64,000 nt of DNA from a virus (lineage: Duplodnaviria; Caudoviricetes): IMG/VR virus record IMGVR_UViG_3300032236_001631, positions 1 through 64,000 of that record. One strand, given 5' to 3'. Shown piece by piece: positions 14,323 to 25,055 of the stretch. Each line of letters starts with the position of its first letter. Position 1 is the stretch's first letter. The notes under the pieces were generated by a model. The model saw only the letters and a program-made list of their open reading frames with translations. It was not told the DNA's origin and searched no databases. The translations under genes were made by a program, and so were the position numbers.

Positions 14323-15234
14323 TTAAATTGTCAATAGTTGCTGAGAACATCTTTTTTCAATCAGAGGAATATAATCAGGATTCAATTCAATTAGAATTGC
14401 CTTCTTACCTTGCTCAAGTGCAACCTGTCCTGTTGTTCCCGATCCACCAAAAGGATCAAGAACAGTTCCATCTTCAGGGCATCCTGCTGTGATGCAAGGT
14501 CGGATGAGATCAGGAGGGAATACTGCGAAGTGTGCGCCTTTATATGGCTTAGTTGTAACGCTCCATACACTTCTCTTGTTAGCCATAGGATATGACTTGG
14601 TTAGACCAGTATGAGGCTGAAGACCAGATCCTTCATTATGATACTTTCCTTTGGTACGATCTCTTGTTCCCCAATCCTGTTTAGAAGGAATCTTGATTGC
14701 CTCATTGTCAAAATAATACTTGTTAGACTTGGACATGAGGAAAATATACTCATGAGCCTTGGTACAACGATCAGTGACAGATTCAGGCATTGGGTTAGGT
14801 TTGTGCCAAATTATATCTTGACGCAAATACCACCCATCAGCACGAAGAGCAAAAGCAAGCATCCAAGGAATGCCAATAAGATCTTTACTCTTGAGTCCAT
14901 CAACAATACGATTCTTGGATATTACTTGAGCATTACGTCCTTTGGGATTCTTAGGATCACGATGCTTTCCTTTGTCACCAGTTCCTACATAGCTGTCTCC
15001 GATGTTAAGCCAGAGAGTACCATCATTCTTTAAAACTCTACGAACTTCACGAAACAAAAGAACAAGCTTGTTGACATACTCTTCAGGAGTTTGCTCTTGT
15101 CCAATCTGTCCATCCATTCCATAATCACGCAAAGCATAATAGGGAGGAGAAGTCACGCAACAATTTACGGATTCATCTGGAAGTTTTTTAAGAACCTCAA
15201 GGCTATCACCACAAAGGATTTGAAGGTTGTCCAT
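14323..15234 (-). CDS. DNA N4-cytosine/N6-adenine methyltransferase (beta class)
   Basis: TSPPY catalytic motif N-terminal, DPFGGSGTT SAM-binding motif C-terminal. Confidence 0.92.
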   Translation of the reverse strand: MDNLQILCGDSLEVLKKLPDESVNCCVTSPPYYALRDYGMDGQIGQEQTPEEYVNKLVLLFREVRRVLKNDGTLWLNIGDSYVGTGDKGKHRDPKNPKGRNAQVISKNRIVDGLKSKDLIGIPWMLAFALRADGWYLRQDIIWHKPNPMPESVTDRCTKAHEYIFLMSKSNKYYFDNEAIKIPSKQDWGTRDRTKGKYHNEGSGLQPHTGLTKSYPMANKRSVWSVTTKPYKGAHFAVFPPDLIRPCITAGCPEDGTVLDPFGGSGTTGQVALEQGKKAILIELNPDYIPLIEKRCSQQLLTI

Positions 15235-15497
15235 TATTTAGGCAGTTGAAGATTCAGAGCATCCTTTACACGATTAAAAAGAATAGTGTTAACCAGTTCC
15301 GCCTCATACTTCTTGATATAATACTCTTTATTATGATTGATATATAAAATACCTGCTACAAACAAAAAAATTACAATAAGCATGTTAATTGCATGTTTGG
15401 TATATCCCATCAAAAGACGAGCTATAATCAAAGAGAGTAGTAAACAAGAAGATGCTAGAAGCATACTTTGAATTGTTTGGAGTGTGTCTGGATTCAT
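15234..15497 (-). CDS. Hypothetical membrane protein
   Basis: Two hydrophobic segments; TTGACT-17-TATAAT upstream at 15507-15535. Confidence 0.7.
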   Translation of the reverse strand: MNPDTLQTIQSMLLASSCLLLSLIIARLLMGYTKHAINMLIVIFLFVAGILYINHNKEYYIKKYEAELVNTILFNRVKDALNLQLPK

Positions 15498-15552
15498 ATT
15501 TTTAGGATTATAGGTTATAGGATATAGATAGTCAAGAGTTTATTTTTAAACA

Positions 15553-16773
15553 ATGATTGTAAATAAAAGAGTGACCGATAAAATTTTTGTTCAAATTGCT
15601 TCTTACAGAGATCATGAACTCATTCCAACAATAAAGGATTGTATTGAGAAAGCGAAACATCCTGAGAATCTCACCTTTGGAATCTGTTGGCAAAGAGATG
15701 AACATGAGTCTTTGGATGAATTTAAAGATGATCCTAGATTCAAGATTATAGATGTTCCTTGGCACGAAAGCAAGGGATTATGTTGGGCTAGAAGTTTGAT
15801 TCAAAAGCTGTGGAATGATGAGAAGTATACAATGCAACTTGATAGTCATCATAGATTTGTACAGAATTGGGATGAAGAATTAATTGAGATGATGAGTCTT
15901 GTGGATTCAGAAAAACCAATTATAACTTCTTATGCTGGAATGTATTCTCCAAAAGAAAACAAGCTTTTAAACTTTGAACCTTATAAGATGGTTGCCGATA
16001 AGTTTACTCCTTCTGGTACTATTCTTTTTTATCCATCCACTATAGCAGAATATAAAGAACTAAAAGCTCCCATCCCTGCAAGATTTGTAAGTGGACATTT
16101 CTATTTCACTCTTGGTATTCATTGTAAAGAATACAAATATGATCCTAATTTATATTTCGCAGGTGATGAAATAAGTCTCAGTATTCGTTCCTTTACTTTA
16201 GGATATGACTTGTTTCATCCTCATAAACTGGTTATCTGGCACGAGTATACCAGAGAAGGGAGAACAAAGCACTGGACTGATTTCAACGAAGAGAACAAAA
16301 AATCAGGTAAGATAGAAAAACAATGGTGGGAGATGGATGTGGAAAGTAAAAAAAGATTAAGACACATGCTAAGAGAAGAGGATAATCAAATAGACTTAGG
16401 TGAGTATGATCTAGGTACTGTAAGAAGCCATACTGATTATGAACTCTATGCAGGTATAGACTTTAAGAATAGAAAGCTACATCCTGATACACTCAAAGGA
16501 GTTAATCCTCCGATCAATGACACATCAAAATGGTTTAAATTAGAAGAACAGACTTACAATTTAAATCTTAACATACCCAAAACAGAAAACTTTAAATTCA
16601 TTTATATTGGAGTTGAAGATGAAAATGGTAATGTAATTTATAGAGAAGACTTATATGAATACAAGCCTTTATTAAATGTAGAATTCAAATCCTTTACTCC
16701 TCCTTATAAATGGATACACTGGCCCGTTGATCTTAGCGACAATTGGGTTGATAGAGTAGATTCAATTATCTAA
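15553..16773 (+). CDS. GlcNAc transferase-like glycosyltransferase (Skp1 GlcNAc-T/GT60-like)
   Basis: IFVQIASYRD, GLCWARS, QLDSHHRF, GDEISLSIR, WHEY. Confidence 0.8.
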   Translation: MIVNKRVTDKIFVQIASYRDHELIPTIKDCIEKAKHPENLTFGICWQRDEHESLDEFKDDPRFKIIDVPWHESKGLCWARSLIQKLWNDEKYTMQLDSHHRFVQNWDEELIEMMSLVDSEKPIITSYAGMYSPKENKLLNFEPYKMVADKFTPSGTILFYPSTIAEYKELKAPIPARFVSGHFYFTLGIHCKEYKYDPNLYFAGDEISLSIRSFTLGYDLFHPHKLVIWHEYTREGRTKHWTDFNEENKKSGKIEKQWWEMDVESKKRLRHMLREEDNQIDLGEYDLGTVRSHTDYELYAGIDFKNRKLHPDTLKGVNPPINDTSKWFKLEEQTYNLNLNIPKTENFKFIYIGVEDENGNVIYREDLYEYKPLLNVEFKSFTPPYKWIHWPVDLSDNWVDRVDSII

Positions 16774-16950
16774 TACTTCAGATAACTTGCGCTGTAATCT
16801 CATGGCAGCACCTATACTCATAGTAATTAAAATTCCTTCAAATGATATTTGAATTATAGTATTTTCCTTTACTTCTCCAGAAGCATCAGGAATTTCTTTA
16901 ACTGTAATATCTCCTTTAACTATAAAAGGTTCTTTCTTTTTCGTAGTAGG
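16762..16950 (-). CDS. Hypothetical protein (start uncertain)
   Basis: Open frame downstream of rmlC; true start not resolved. Confidence 0.35.
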   Translation of the reverse strand, partial: PTTKKKEPFIVKGDITVKEIPDASGEVKENTIIQISFEGILITMSIGAAMRLQRKLSEVLDN

Positions 16951-16972
16951 AATTTCATTGGCTTTCTTTGAT

Positions 16973-17524
16973 TTAGGTTTCACGGTATTTCTCACAATAC
17001 TTAAAGGAGATACCAGCCAAATCTTTAGGAGAAATGATAAGATCATCAAGCCATTTCCAATTTATATTGACATCAGGATCATTCCAGATCAAAGTTCTTT
17101 CCGCTTCCTTATTCCAAGAATTTGAACAACAATAGTTAAATTCTGTTCCCCTTTCAAGAGTAAGGAACCCATGAGCACATCCCTTTGGGATGAAAAGTCT
17201 ATTACCATTTGGTATGAGATCAACCGAATCCCATTGACCAAAAGTTGGAGAATCTTCTCGAAGATCAACAAAGACATCCTGAACCTTTCCGTGACTAACC
17301 CAAACTAGTTTTGCTTGTGCATTAAATCCAACCTGATAGTGTAATCCTCTAAGAACGTTCTTATGAGAAATACTGGTGTTAATTTGGGCAATATTTAGAT
17401 TAAGAATACCTAAATTGTTATATATGTCTCTATTAAAAGTTGTATAAAATGTTCCTCTATCATCTTCATGAAAGACAGGCTTGATGATAAAAGCACCATC
17501 AATTTTTGTTTCTATTTTTATCAT
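16973..17524 (-). CDS. rmlC: dTDP-4-dehydrorhamnose 3,5-epimerase
   Basis: DDRG, VLRGLHYQ, QAKLV, DLREDSPTFGQW, IPKGCAHGF, WNDPD, SPKD. Confidence 0.93.
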   Translation of the reverse strand: MIKIETKIDGAFIIKPVFHEDDRGTFYTTFNRDIYNNLGILNLNIAQINTSISHKNVLRGLHYQVGFNAQAKLVWVSHGKVQDVFVDLREDSPTFGQWDSVDLIPNGNRLFIPKGCAHGFLTLERGTEFNYCCSNSWNKEAERTLIWNDPDVNINWKWLDDLIISPKDLAGISFKYCEKYRET

Positions 17525-17696
17525 AAATTTTTTTCTTTTTTTTATATTTTTTAATCAAAGGTTTGAATGTATCTAGCTTTAAAACTTTTCTTCTATAATC
17601 TTGATACCATTTCTTTAATGAATCATCATCCAATATTACATATGATTCAGAACTAAATTCAGTTTCTTTACCAAATGGATTATAATCATTATTCAT
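17499..17696 (-). CDS. Hypothetical basic protein
   Basis: 65-aa ORF. Confidence 0.5.
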   Translation of the reverse strand: MNNDYNPFGKETEFSSESYVILDDDSLKKWYQDYRRKVLKLDTFKPLIKKYKKKKKIYDKNRNKN

Positions 17697-17699
17697 ATA

Positions 17700-17864
17700 C
17701 TACCAGTTTCTATTCATTTCTATTCGTATGCTTTCATTATACTCTTCGTCATTAATATCTTCAATAATATAACAACACTTGTAATATTTTTCGGATTCTG
17801 GTTCAATGAAAAGCATTTGAAACCTTACAATCAGTCGAGCTAGTTTGTATTTGATTCGGTACAT
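17700..17864 (-). CDS. 54-aa hypothetical protein (not in ORF track)
   Basis: MYRIKYKLARL...NRNW; abuts the next gene. Confidence 0.5.
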   Translation of the reverse strand: MYRIKYKLARLIVRFQMLFIEPESEKYYKCCYIIEDINDEEYNESIRIEMNRNW

Positions 17865-17932
17865 ATAATTGGTGCTTTATATTTTACTCCAATTATCTGT
17901 ATTAGCAAAGTCTTTTTGCTAAAAATGTTAAA

Positions 17933-18112
17933 CTATTTTACGAATCCTTCATCCATTAAATACATGATTATGATATTAGCTTCTTCATCAGGAACCTCTT
18001 CATCACTTGCTTCATCATCATTATCATAGGCAACTTCAATTACATTACCTTTTTGGATGATGAGATAATCCTTCCCTCTTATCTTAATTGGAAAGAAAGA
18101 AGCATTTTTCAT
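17933..18112 (-). CDS. 59-aa acidic hypothetical protein (not in ORF track)
   Basis: MKNASFFPIKIRGKDY...YLMDEGFVK. Confidence 0.6.
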   Translation of the reverse strand: MKNASFFPIKIRGKDYLIIQKGNVIEVAYDNDDEASDEEVPDEEANIIIMYLMDEGFVK

Positions 18113-18294
18113 ATTATTATAAAGTCGCTTTATAGCGATATATAATAATACTTAATGTTTTTACAGATCAAAAAACTCAATAATCATCATACGAATTATT
18201 AAAATTTCACGATATATCAGAAAATATAAAATTTCAGGAAGATTTTTTAAGAAGTAATAGACTAACCAAAAATAATACTTAAATCCTTTTTTCA

Positions 18295-18957
18295 TTAGTG
18301 ACGACCACCTCCACCGTAGCTTCCTCCACCATAGCTTCCACCACCGTAGGAACGACTTCCTCCACCGTAGCTTCCACCACCATAGGAACGACTTCCTCCA
18401 CCGTAGCTTCCTCCACCATAGCTTCCACCACCGTAGGAACGACTTCCTCCACCGTAGCTTCCTCCACCATAGCTTCCACCACCGTAGGAACGACTTCCTC
18501 CAGTATAGCTTCCTGTATGGCTATAAGAACCTCCACCTGCTGTAGTGTTTCCTGTATATGTATTTCCTCTTCTACCTGTTACAGAGGTAGAACCTGTATA
18601 TGTTCCATTATTATATGACCCATTGCGAGTAGCACTACCTGCTGTGGTAGAATTATTATAGGTTGTAGTTGATGTATAGGTGGTATTACCGCTGTTATTG
18701 TTATAACTTCCATAACCATATCCAAACAAACCGCCTAGCCAACCTAAACCACCACCATAACCATAACCATAACCTCCATAACCTCCATAGACAGGATAAT
18801 ATCCACCGCCATATGAACCAGAGGTTCCGTAACAATAGGGATTATCATAACCAACTGGAACAATTGCTGCACCATCAGGTCCAACAGCAATAGGAGGATA
18901 ATAGGCACATGCACAAAGCGAAAAGCTCAATGCGACTAGGAGTAATATTTTTTTCAT
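18295..18957 (-). CDS. Gly/Ser/Tyr-rich putative lipoprotein
   Basis: MKKILLLVALSFSLCAC signal/lipobox; C-terminal GGGSY/GGGSRSY repeats. Confidence 0.75.
   Translation of the reverse strand: MKKILLLVALSFSLCACAYYPPIAVGPDGAAIVPVGYDNPYCYGTSGSYGGGYYPVYGGYGGYGYGYGGGLGWLGGLFGYGYGSYNNNSGNTTYTSTTTYNNSTTAGSATRNGSYNNGTYTGSTSVTGRRGNTYTGNTTAGGGSYSHTGSYTGGSRSYGGGSYGGGSYGGGSRSYGGGSYGGGSYGGGSRSYGGGSYGGGSRSYGGGSYGGGSYGGGGRH
18304..18510 (-). repeat. Coding tandem repeats of 15-bp and 21-bp units
   Basis: Repeated cctccaccgtagctt / ccaccaccgtaggaacgactt. Confidence 0.9.
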
Positions 18958-19013
18958 AACAAAAAGAATACTACTAATTTTTTCCGGTAAAGGCAAGAAT
19001 TATTTTTTACAAA

Positions 19014-19139
19014 TCAATACTTCTTGACCAACTTGCCTTTAATCTTAATAAATCCCTCTACCTTTCCAGACAACTTTGGAAAGTTGTTCTTATATGCTTT
19101 GCTGAAGGATGATCTGTCTTTGTCTCCTTTACCAGCCAT
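19014..19139 (-). CDS. 41-aa basic peptide (not in ORF track)
   Basis: MAGKGDKDRSSFSKAYKNNF... Confidence 0.55.
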   Translation of the reverse strand: MAGKGDKDRSSFSKAYKNNFPKLSGKVEGFIKIKGKLVKKY

Positions 19140-19141
19140 TT

Positions 19142-19339
19142 TTAAACCTTATAAGTAAAATTGATACTAGCATTCTTGTCGTTTTTGTTTACGACATCGT
19201 GAGTAAGAGGATAAAATCCTCTACTTCTTAGCGTACTCAGAATCTTGGTGATTTCTGTGTTGATAAGTGATTCTCTTTCAGAGAATGAAGCACCGGGTTT
19301 GAATTCTACTGTGTGTTTTATGCTTAATATTTGACTCAT
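19142..19339 (-). CDS. Hypothetical protein
   Basis: 65 aa preceded by TAAATA. Confidence 0.65.
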   Translation of the reverse strand: MSQILSIKHTVEFKPGASFSERESLINTEITKILSTLRSRGFYPLTHDVVNKNDKNASINFTYKV

Positions 19340-19354
19340 AATCTTATATTTAGA

Positions 19355-20104
19355 TCACTTATGTAAAAAAGCAAATGGACACTTCTTTACTTCTCCTTGC
19401 TCATATTTCTTAGGTGAACGGAAAAACCTTTTATATCTGTCAAAGAAAACAGTATGTGCCTTTTCCCATTGAGTCTTGAAGAATCCTGTATCATAAGAGA
19501 ATTCAGATTTAAAATCAGATCTCTTGAATGGAATTACTTGAATCAAAGGAGTTCCCTTTTCAATAAGACCTTCAAAGTTTTTCTTGAGAAAGAATGGAAA
19601 GTTTACAAACGTAGGATGTTTGTCAGTATCAACAATTGCAGGAAGACACTTGAAGGGAAGATCATCAGAATGAAGCGGATGAGTAAATAAACAAGACCAT
19701 CCTTTAGGTGTCTTAACAATCCAAGGATTGATCCATTTAAATACTGTTGGATAGTATCCTTCTGGAATAGGATATGTTTGAATTTGTTCTTGATTCTGTA
19801 TATCTACTACTTTAATAGTATCCCAAGACCATCTGATATTGATATCATCAGCCCCTTTGTTTTCTACCCATACATCTGAATGTAAAGGAATGTGATAACC
19901 AGCAGTTATAGAATCAAATACTGGCATACATTTTTTGATGGTAGAAGTAGGATCACTATATTCATCTACTCCTTTCCTTCCACCAATATAAGAAGGAGTA
20001 TTACTAATCCACTCAGGAAGTTTTTGAATAGCTGGATAAGGTTTCTCCAAAACCTCTAACATTTCTTTTGTATCAGCTATAAACTGTATCTTTGACTTAC
20101 TCAT
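19355..20104 (-). CDS. Conserved phage protein (DUF6065-like, possible dUTPase-like fold)
   Basis: TIKKCMPVFD...KWINPW.VKTP.GWS...GTPLIQVIPFKR. Confidence 0.65.
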   Translation of the reverse strand: MSKSKIQFIADTKEMLEVLEKPYPAIQKLPEWISNTPSYIGGRKGVDEYSDPTSTIKKCMPVFDSITAGYHIPLHSDVWVENKGADDINIRWSWDTIKVVDIQNQEQIQTYPIPEGYYPTVFKWINPWIVKTPKGWSCLFTHPLHSDDLPFKCLPAIVDTDKHPTFVNFPFFLKKNFEGLIEKGTPLIQVIPFKRSDFKSEFSYDTGFFKTQWEKAHTVFFDRYKRFFRSPKKYEQGEVKKCPFAFLHK

Positions 20105-20134
20105 GCCATAACTATAACCCAAAAACCATAGATG

Positions 20135-20326
20135 TCAATCTATTTTTGAGATGAGTTCTGCAAGTTTCAGTAATTTCTTCTGTATTTCCTTTATCTGTTT
20201 CTTGTGTTTTGAACTAAAAATAGGTATCTTAACAGGAATAGGAACGACTCTTGGAATACTTCTAACAACATTAGAAGTAACTCCCATAGGAACATTTGAA
20301 ATGTAATCTGAGGAAAAAGTATCCAT
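20135..20326 (-). CDS. Hypothetical protein
   Basis: 63 aa preceded by TAAATA. Confidence 0.55.
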   Translation of the reverse strand: MDTFSSDYISNVPMGVTSNVVRSIPRVVPIPVKIPIFSSKHKKQIKEIQKKLLKLAELISKID

Positions 20327-20357
20327 CTTTTATTTACTTACTGTATTAAGTATAATT

Positions 20358-20522
20358 GTGGCAAACAATATCACAACTTTAAATTCTTACACAAGAGGAG
20401 CTTCTAATATAAGAGGCAGTTTTCTTATTTCTACTAATGATCCTAATGATTGTTATACAGGAGGAGTTACTATTACAGAAAATACTGATGAGTTTATTTC
20501 AGAAGATCTTCCTTTGGATTAA
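20358..20522 (+). CDS. 54-aa hypothetical protein (GTG start, not in ORF track)
   Basis: Follows TAAGTA and fills the gap before 20535. Confidence 0.45.
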   Translation: MANNITTLNSYTRGASNIRGSFLISTNDPNDCYTGGVTITENTDEFISEDLPLD

Positions 20523-20534
20523 ATATTACTAAGC

Positions 20535-23500
20535 ATGTCTGCACCTTTAACTACAGTTTCACCTCTGACCTATCCTACATGGTTAAAATATCAAGGTAAT
20601 CTAAAGCCTGATACTGCTCCAGAATTGTATACTGAATATCTACATGAATGGTACAGAAACAATACTCTTTTAACTTCTAATAATAGTAATGCTATTAAAG
20701 AGAACTACATACAACTTTTAAAGGATCTAAGTTTTTTATTTGGTACACAGGAAAAAGATCTTTTCCTAGCTGATCTTGATTATACAAACGATGAAGAGCT
20801 TATTTTTGCTATTCCTTATTTTGTAAAGAAACTTAAAGAAATCTCCAAAGTATTATCAAATAAGAGAGAAGCGGTAAAAAATGCAAAATTAAGATATAAT
20901 CTGATTGGTTCTAATCATGGTTTAGAAACTCTTTTGTATGAATATATCCTAAAAGGATTTACCAAAGATGAAAATTATATTACTCAGGTTCCTATATCTT
21001 CTCTTTCAAACTTCTTTCCTAATCTTTCTTCGGTTAATGGAAACTTTTTTGTAGAATTAGAAGAACTGCATGATTCTCAAACCTATCATGATTCTGATCC
21101 ATCTGTTTCTATTAATGAGTATGTTGATGTGACTCAGTTAGAGAATGAAATTCCTTTTGAAGGTTTATCTGAAGATGAAATACTAGGAATCATTTCAACT
21201 CGTTATCTTTCAAGAATTGCTGATACTCCACTTTCAAGACTTTTTAATCAATATCTTCTTGAAGTTCCTACTCTTTCCACAGCTGCTCTTTCTAATAAAG
21301 TTAATGGGTTGGTATATAATCAAATTGCAGCTAACCAAAAATATCTTGGTGAAACTGTTTACGGTTTAACAGCAATAAGAACAAGTGAGATAAACACTCC
21401 TGATTATATTTTAAATCTTAGTTTTGAACAGGGTAATAATTGGTTTTATTGGCCCTCTGGTGACAAGATAGTTGATGATTCAAAATTTAATAATATTTTT
21501 TCACCTATTGCTATTAATGATACAAATTTTGTAGCTTCTAGTGCAACAGGAGGAAGTGATTATACAAACTCTGATTTATTATTTTCTGATAAAACAGGTA
21601 TAGTCGAAGGTGCTTGGCTAAGAGGTCCGAGAACTCAATATAGTTCTGATGTGATGAATCTTACCATCAAACCTAATATCACCAGAGATTTTATATTTCC
21701 GTATCCGGGTTTTAGTTTAACTTCAAAAGGAACTCTTTGGAATGGATATTCATTAAATGATAGTGATTATTTTTTATATGAAAAATTATTACCAGAACAA
21801 AGAAAAACAATATTAACAAAATATTATACAGAAACACTTCCAAGTTCAGCATCGCTTCCTATCTACATTAATGATACATCATTAATATATAATGGGGCAT
21901 ATGCTGATAAATTCTCTGATACTGCTGATACAATTACCAAGAAACTCACATATAAAGGAATAAACACTATTTATAGTGATTCCCTTTCTGGTTCTATAGA
22001 ACAGACATATCTTTATAAGTTTGATAAAACAGATTTTCCTATTTCAAAAGGAGTCAATGATATTATATGGCCCTTAGATGTTTTCGATTCTACTCAGAAC
22101 ATTCCAATTACCGTTCTTAGTGATACTTGTATACCAGTAAAATTAAGTGAAATTGATATTCCTAATACAATGGCTGGTGCTGTAGCTGGTGCTAATTTTG
22201 GTGATGCTGATATAATTTATAAACTTAATACAAGAACAGATGATCCCATTGAGGCTGCATGGTTGGGTGCTGGTTTTGTTCATAGTCTTGATCTCACATC
22301 AAAGATTGATATTTATAACACACCTGCTGTTAATTGTGCTACCTATGTGGATGGTATCATACAAGGAGCACTCTCAATAAAAATAGATCCAAGACAAAAG
22401 ATTTCATTTGTATGGATGGATGAAGATACTTTTGCTGATGAAGTATTCTTCTATAGACAACATTCTGTTGATTGTCCTTATCTCAAGGAGTCTCCGCATA
22501 ACTACTATAAAAATCAAGACTATCAGAATCCAAATCCTATAAATAAACAACAAGGTTGGACAAAATGTAGATGTAAATCAATTCATTATTCTCCTATTGG
22601 ACATTCAGGTTCAAAGGTTACAGATTACAATAAGATGGCAGATTATTTATTTGCTGATCCTCAATGCTTGGGAGTGGATTTTGCATTTAATACATGGACT
22701 GATACTCGTGGATTTAATTACACAAATAGTCCACAGTTCTCTTTCTATCAGTTAGATGAACAAGAAGGTGATAATCAGGTAGGATGGGGAACAGGTAAAT
22801 GGAAAACACCTACAGGTGATTCAATGATTCTTAAGACAGGAAGAGTCTATACCTATTATCGTACTTCATTTAGAAGTGATTATATTACATCATCCGATAA
22901 CACAAGTCCTTATCTTATAGTAAACTATCCTTATAAAAATATAAAAGGATTATATTCTAATACAGCTTCCAATCAATATGATATTTCCATTATCATTGAT
23001 AAGAGTCGTTCTGAAAATAGAAATATAGATCAAACATTAGAATTGGTAAAGTCATTTGCCAATAATTTAATCAATAGTAACATTGATACACAAATATCTA
23101 TCATATCATTCAACAAAAATGCAACCGTAGCATCTTATCTGACTCATGATATAAATGCCATCAACTATAATATTGATAGTATTACTGTTGATACCACATA
23201 TCCAGAATATAAAACAGACATCTATTCAGCTTTAAAAATTTCTCAGAGTGTATTGGACACTACTATTATTGATAATAATCAAGCAACAAGTTTCTATGAA
23301 CTTTGTAATTCTCTAAATGCAACAATAAAAAAAACAGGCACATTTAATATAACAAGAAACATCCCTAGAAGTAATGCTAAAAAGGTTATAATTCTTTTAA
23401 GTGATGGGTATGAAACATTAAATGTTGGAAATGCTGTTCCTTATGCACAGACATTAAAAGATGCTGGAAAATATATATATGCAATTGATATCGGACCTAA

Positions 23501-25055
23501 TTCAAGTTATGACGATACAATGGAACAGATAGCAAGTAATAAAGGATATTTCAATTTACAAAAATATCTCACACAGGGAGATGGTAATATTAATAACTTT
23601 ATACAGTATATTCTTTCAGTATTCAGTGAAAACAAACTTTCTGTTGTTCCTAGATGGTATAAGGCAATTAGAGATACTTCTGGTAATTGGATAACAACAA
23701 CCGATATCTCTGACATGGAACTTTTACCGGGTGATTACATTACATATGTCCACAGAGAACAGGCAACATATAGCAGTAATAATAGCATTTCATTCTCAAC
23801 ACCTTCTATATCATTCACGGTTAATATAAAGTTAAACGGATGGAATTATAAAACAAACAGTTTTTCTTTAACTTCTATCGGAAGTATTTATGGGGCAAAG
23901 CCTTTCTGGGGAAAGAGCTATGTGACTCCTGAAGAAAATTATGATCAGCATTTTGATAAACAGGTAATATCATTCGGAGGACAAGTAAGATTCATTGATG
24001 GATATCTTCCTGTTCACCAGCCAGAAATATCTCCGATGGTTTTAAATAATGGAAATCTATTAAGTTACACAAGAAATGGAGACAATAATCTTATATGGAA
24101 TCAACCTCTTTCATTTGGTGTAAATCTTTCTTCTTATCAATGGAATAAAATTGTCTTTTATAAAGATTATTCAAATCTACAAGATATGTTTAGAAGTGGA
24201 AACAATTTAGATTTAATTGGTTATAGTTCTAATGAAGCAAGTGATATAATGTTAGAAAGCTATTCTGCTTTTACTCCTTCCAAGTATAACTACTTCGCTC
24301 GTAATGCTTTTAATTATATACAAAATCTTTATTATAAAAGTAAATGCTTAACAAGCTTTGTACAGTTTAGTACTGGTGTTGCAGTTGAGGCAGTTCACCC
24401 ATATGCAAACCTTGATAATGTTCACTATCCAACCGTAGCTACTGTTTCCTTTCCTTCGCTTGCCAAGTCTGATAAGGAAATAGGTGAATATATGTTACCT
24501 GAAAAATTAGGTGTATCATATTGGAGAGGTCGTGGATATACTATTAATGTAAGCGGAGATACATTAACATTCATTGATGGTATTAGTGCCGAGAGATTAT
24601 TCCTTAATACTAATAAGTTTGGTCCTCGTCAAAGAGGATTAACAAAGAACGATCAATATTCTCCTGTAGTTATTGATAATATTGATAATAGATGGATGAT
24701 GGAATCCTATAGTTCATCAAATGCAGCAGGAAGAGTTACTGACACATTAAATAATCAAAAATTTACTCCATATCAATCAAAATATGAAATAACAAAAAAG
24801 AATACTCTTGGTTTATCAAGGCAAAATGATGATTTTGATTTTTGGAATTTTCCAATTCCCGGTACTTGGAATAAACCAGAAAAATATCCTGTAACATTTA
24901 GACAAGAATTATTAACTTCTTCTTATGAAAACAGAAAGAAAGAATTACTTGTAGATAAAGGTAATATGGTGGATTGGAAAAATGATATTTTTGGAAATAA
25001 TTATGGGCTATTCAAATCTCAATATACATTAAATAAATTCTTAAGTGGTATATGA
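20535..25055 (+). CDS. Large putative virion protein with vWA domain
   Basis: 1506 aa; IIIDKSRS (MIDAS DxSxS) and VIILLSDG; late motif TAAATA at 20520. Confidence 0.75.
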   Translation: MSAPLTTVSPLTYPTWLKYQGNLKPDTAPELYTEYLHEWYRNNTLLTSNNSNAIKENYIQLLKDLSFLFGTQEKDLFLADLDYTNDEELIFAIPYFVKKLKEISKVLSNKREAVKNAKLRYNLIGSNHGLETLLYEYILKGFTKDENYITQVPISSLSNFFPNLSSVNGNFFVELEELHDSQTYHDSDPSVSINEYVDVTQLENEIPFEGLSEDEILGIISTRYLSRIADTPLSRLFNQYLLEVPTLSTAALSNKVNGLVYNQIAANQKYLGETVYGLTAIRTSEINTPDYILNLSFEQGNNWFYWPSGDKIVDDSKFNNIFSPIAINDTNFVASSATGGSDYTNSDLLFSDKTGIVEGAWLRGPRTQYSSDVMNLTIKPNITRDFIFPYPGFSLTSKGTLWNGYSLNDSDYFLYEKLLPEQRKTILTKYYTETLPSSASLPIYINDTSLIYNGAYADKFSDTADTITKKLTYKGINTIYSDSLSGSIEQTYLYKFDKTDFPISKGVNDIIWPLDVFDSTQNIPITVLSDTCIPVKLSEIDIPNTMAGAVAGANFGDADIIYKLNTRTDDPIEAAWLGAGFVHSLDLTSKIDIYNTPAVNCATYVDGIIQGALSIKIDPRQKISFVWMDEDTFADEVFFYRQHSVDCPYLKESPHNYYKNQDYQNPNPINKQQGWTKCRCKSIHYSPIGHSGSKVTDYNKMADYLFADPQCLGVDFAFNTWTDTRGFNYTNSPQFSFYQLDEQEGDNQVGWGTGKWKTPTGDSMILKTGRVYTYYRTSFRSDYITSSDNTSPYLIVNYPYKNIKGLYSNTASNQYDISIIIDKSRSENRNIDQTLELVKSFANNLINSNIDTQISIISFNKNATVASYLTHDINAINYNIDSITVDTTYPEYKTDIYSALKISQSVLDTTIIDNNQATSFYELCNSLNATIKKTGTFNITRNIPRSNAKKVIILLSDGYETLNVGNAVPYAQTLKDAGKYIYAIDIGPNSSYDDTMEQIASNKGYFNLQKYLTQGDGNINNFIQYILSVFSENKLSVVPRWYKAIRDTSGNWITTTDISDMELLPGDYITYVHREQATYSSNNSISFSTPSISFTVNIKLNGWNYKTNSFSLTSIGSIYGAKPFWGKSYVTPEENYDQHFDKQVISFGGQVRFIDGYLPVHQPEISPMVLNNGNLLSYTRNGDNNLIWNQPLSFGVNLSSYQWNKIVFYKDYSNLQDMFRSGNNLDLIGYSSNEASDIMLESYSAFTPSKYNYFARNAFNYIQNLYYKSKCLTSFVQFSTGVAVEAVHPYANLDNVHYPTVATVSFPSLAKSDKEIGEYMLPEKLGVSYWRGRGYTINVSGDTLTFIDGISAERLFLNTNKFGPRQRGLTKNDQYSPVVIDNIDNRWMMESYSSSNAAGRVTDTLNNQKFTPYQSKYEITKKNTLGLSRQNDDFDFWNFPIPGTWNKPEKYPVTFRQELLTSSYENRKKELLVDKGNMVDWKNDIFGNNYGLFKSQYTLNKFLSGI

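Noticed and set aside
1422-14611. Plus-strand ORFs in the early region (e.g. 1422, 4341, 6703, 9632), some next to AGGAGG
   Set aside because: They are antisense shadows of packed minus-strand genes. The AGGAGG belongs to the repeat and is not consistently followed by a coherent ORF.
19086-19110. Partial repeat-like string ttcttatatgctttgc
   Set aside because: It lies inside a small ORF and lacks TTGACA and the CCTCC tract; probably chance.
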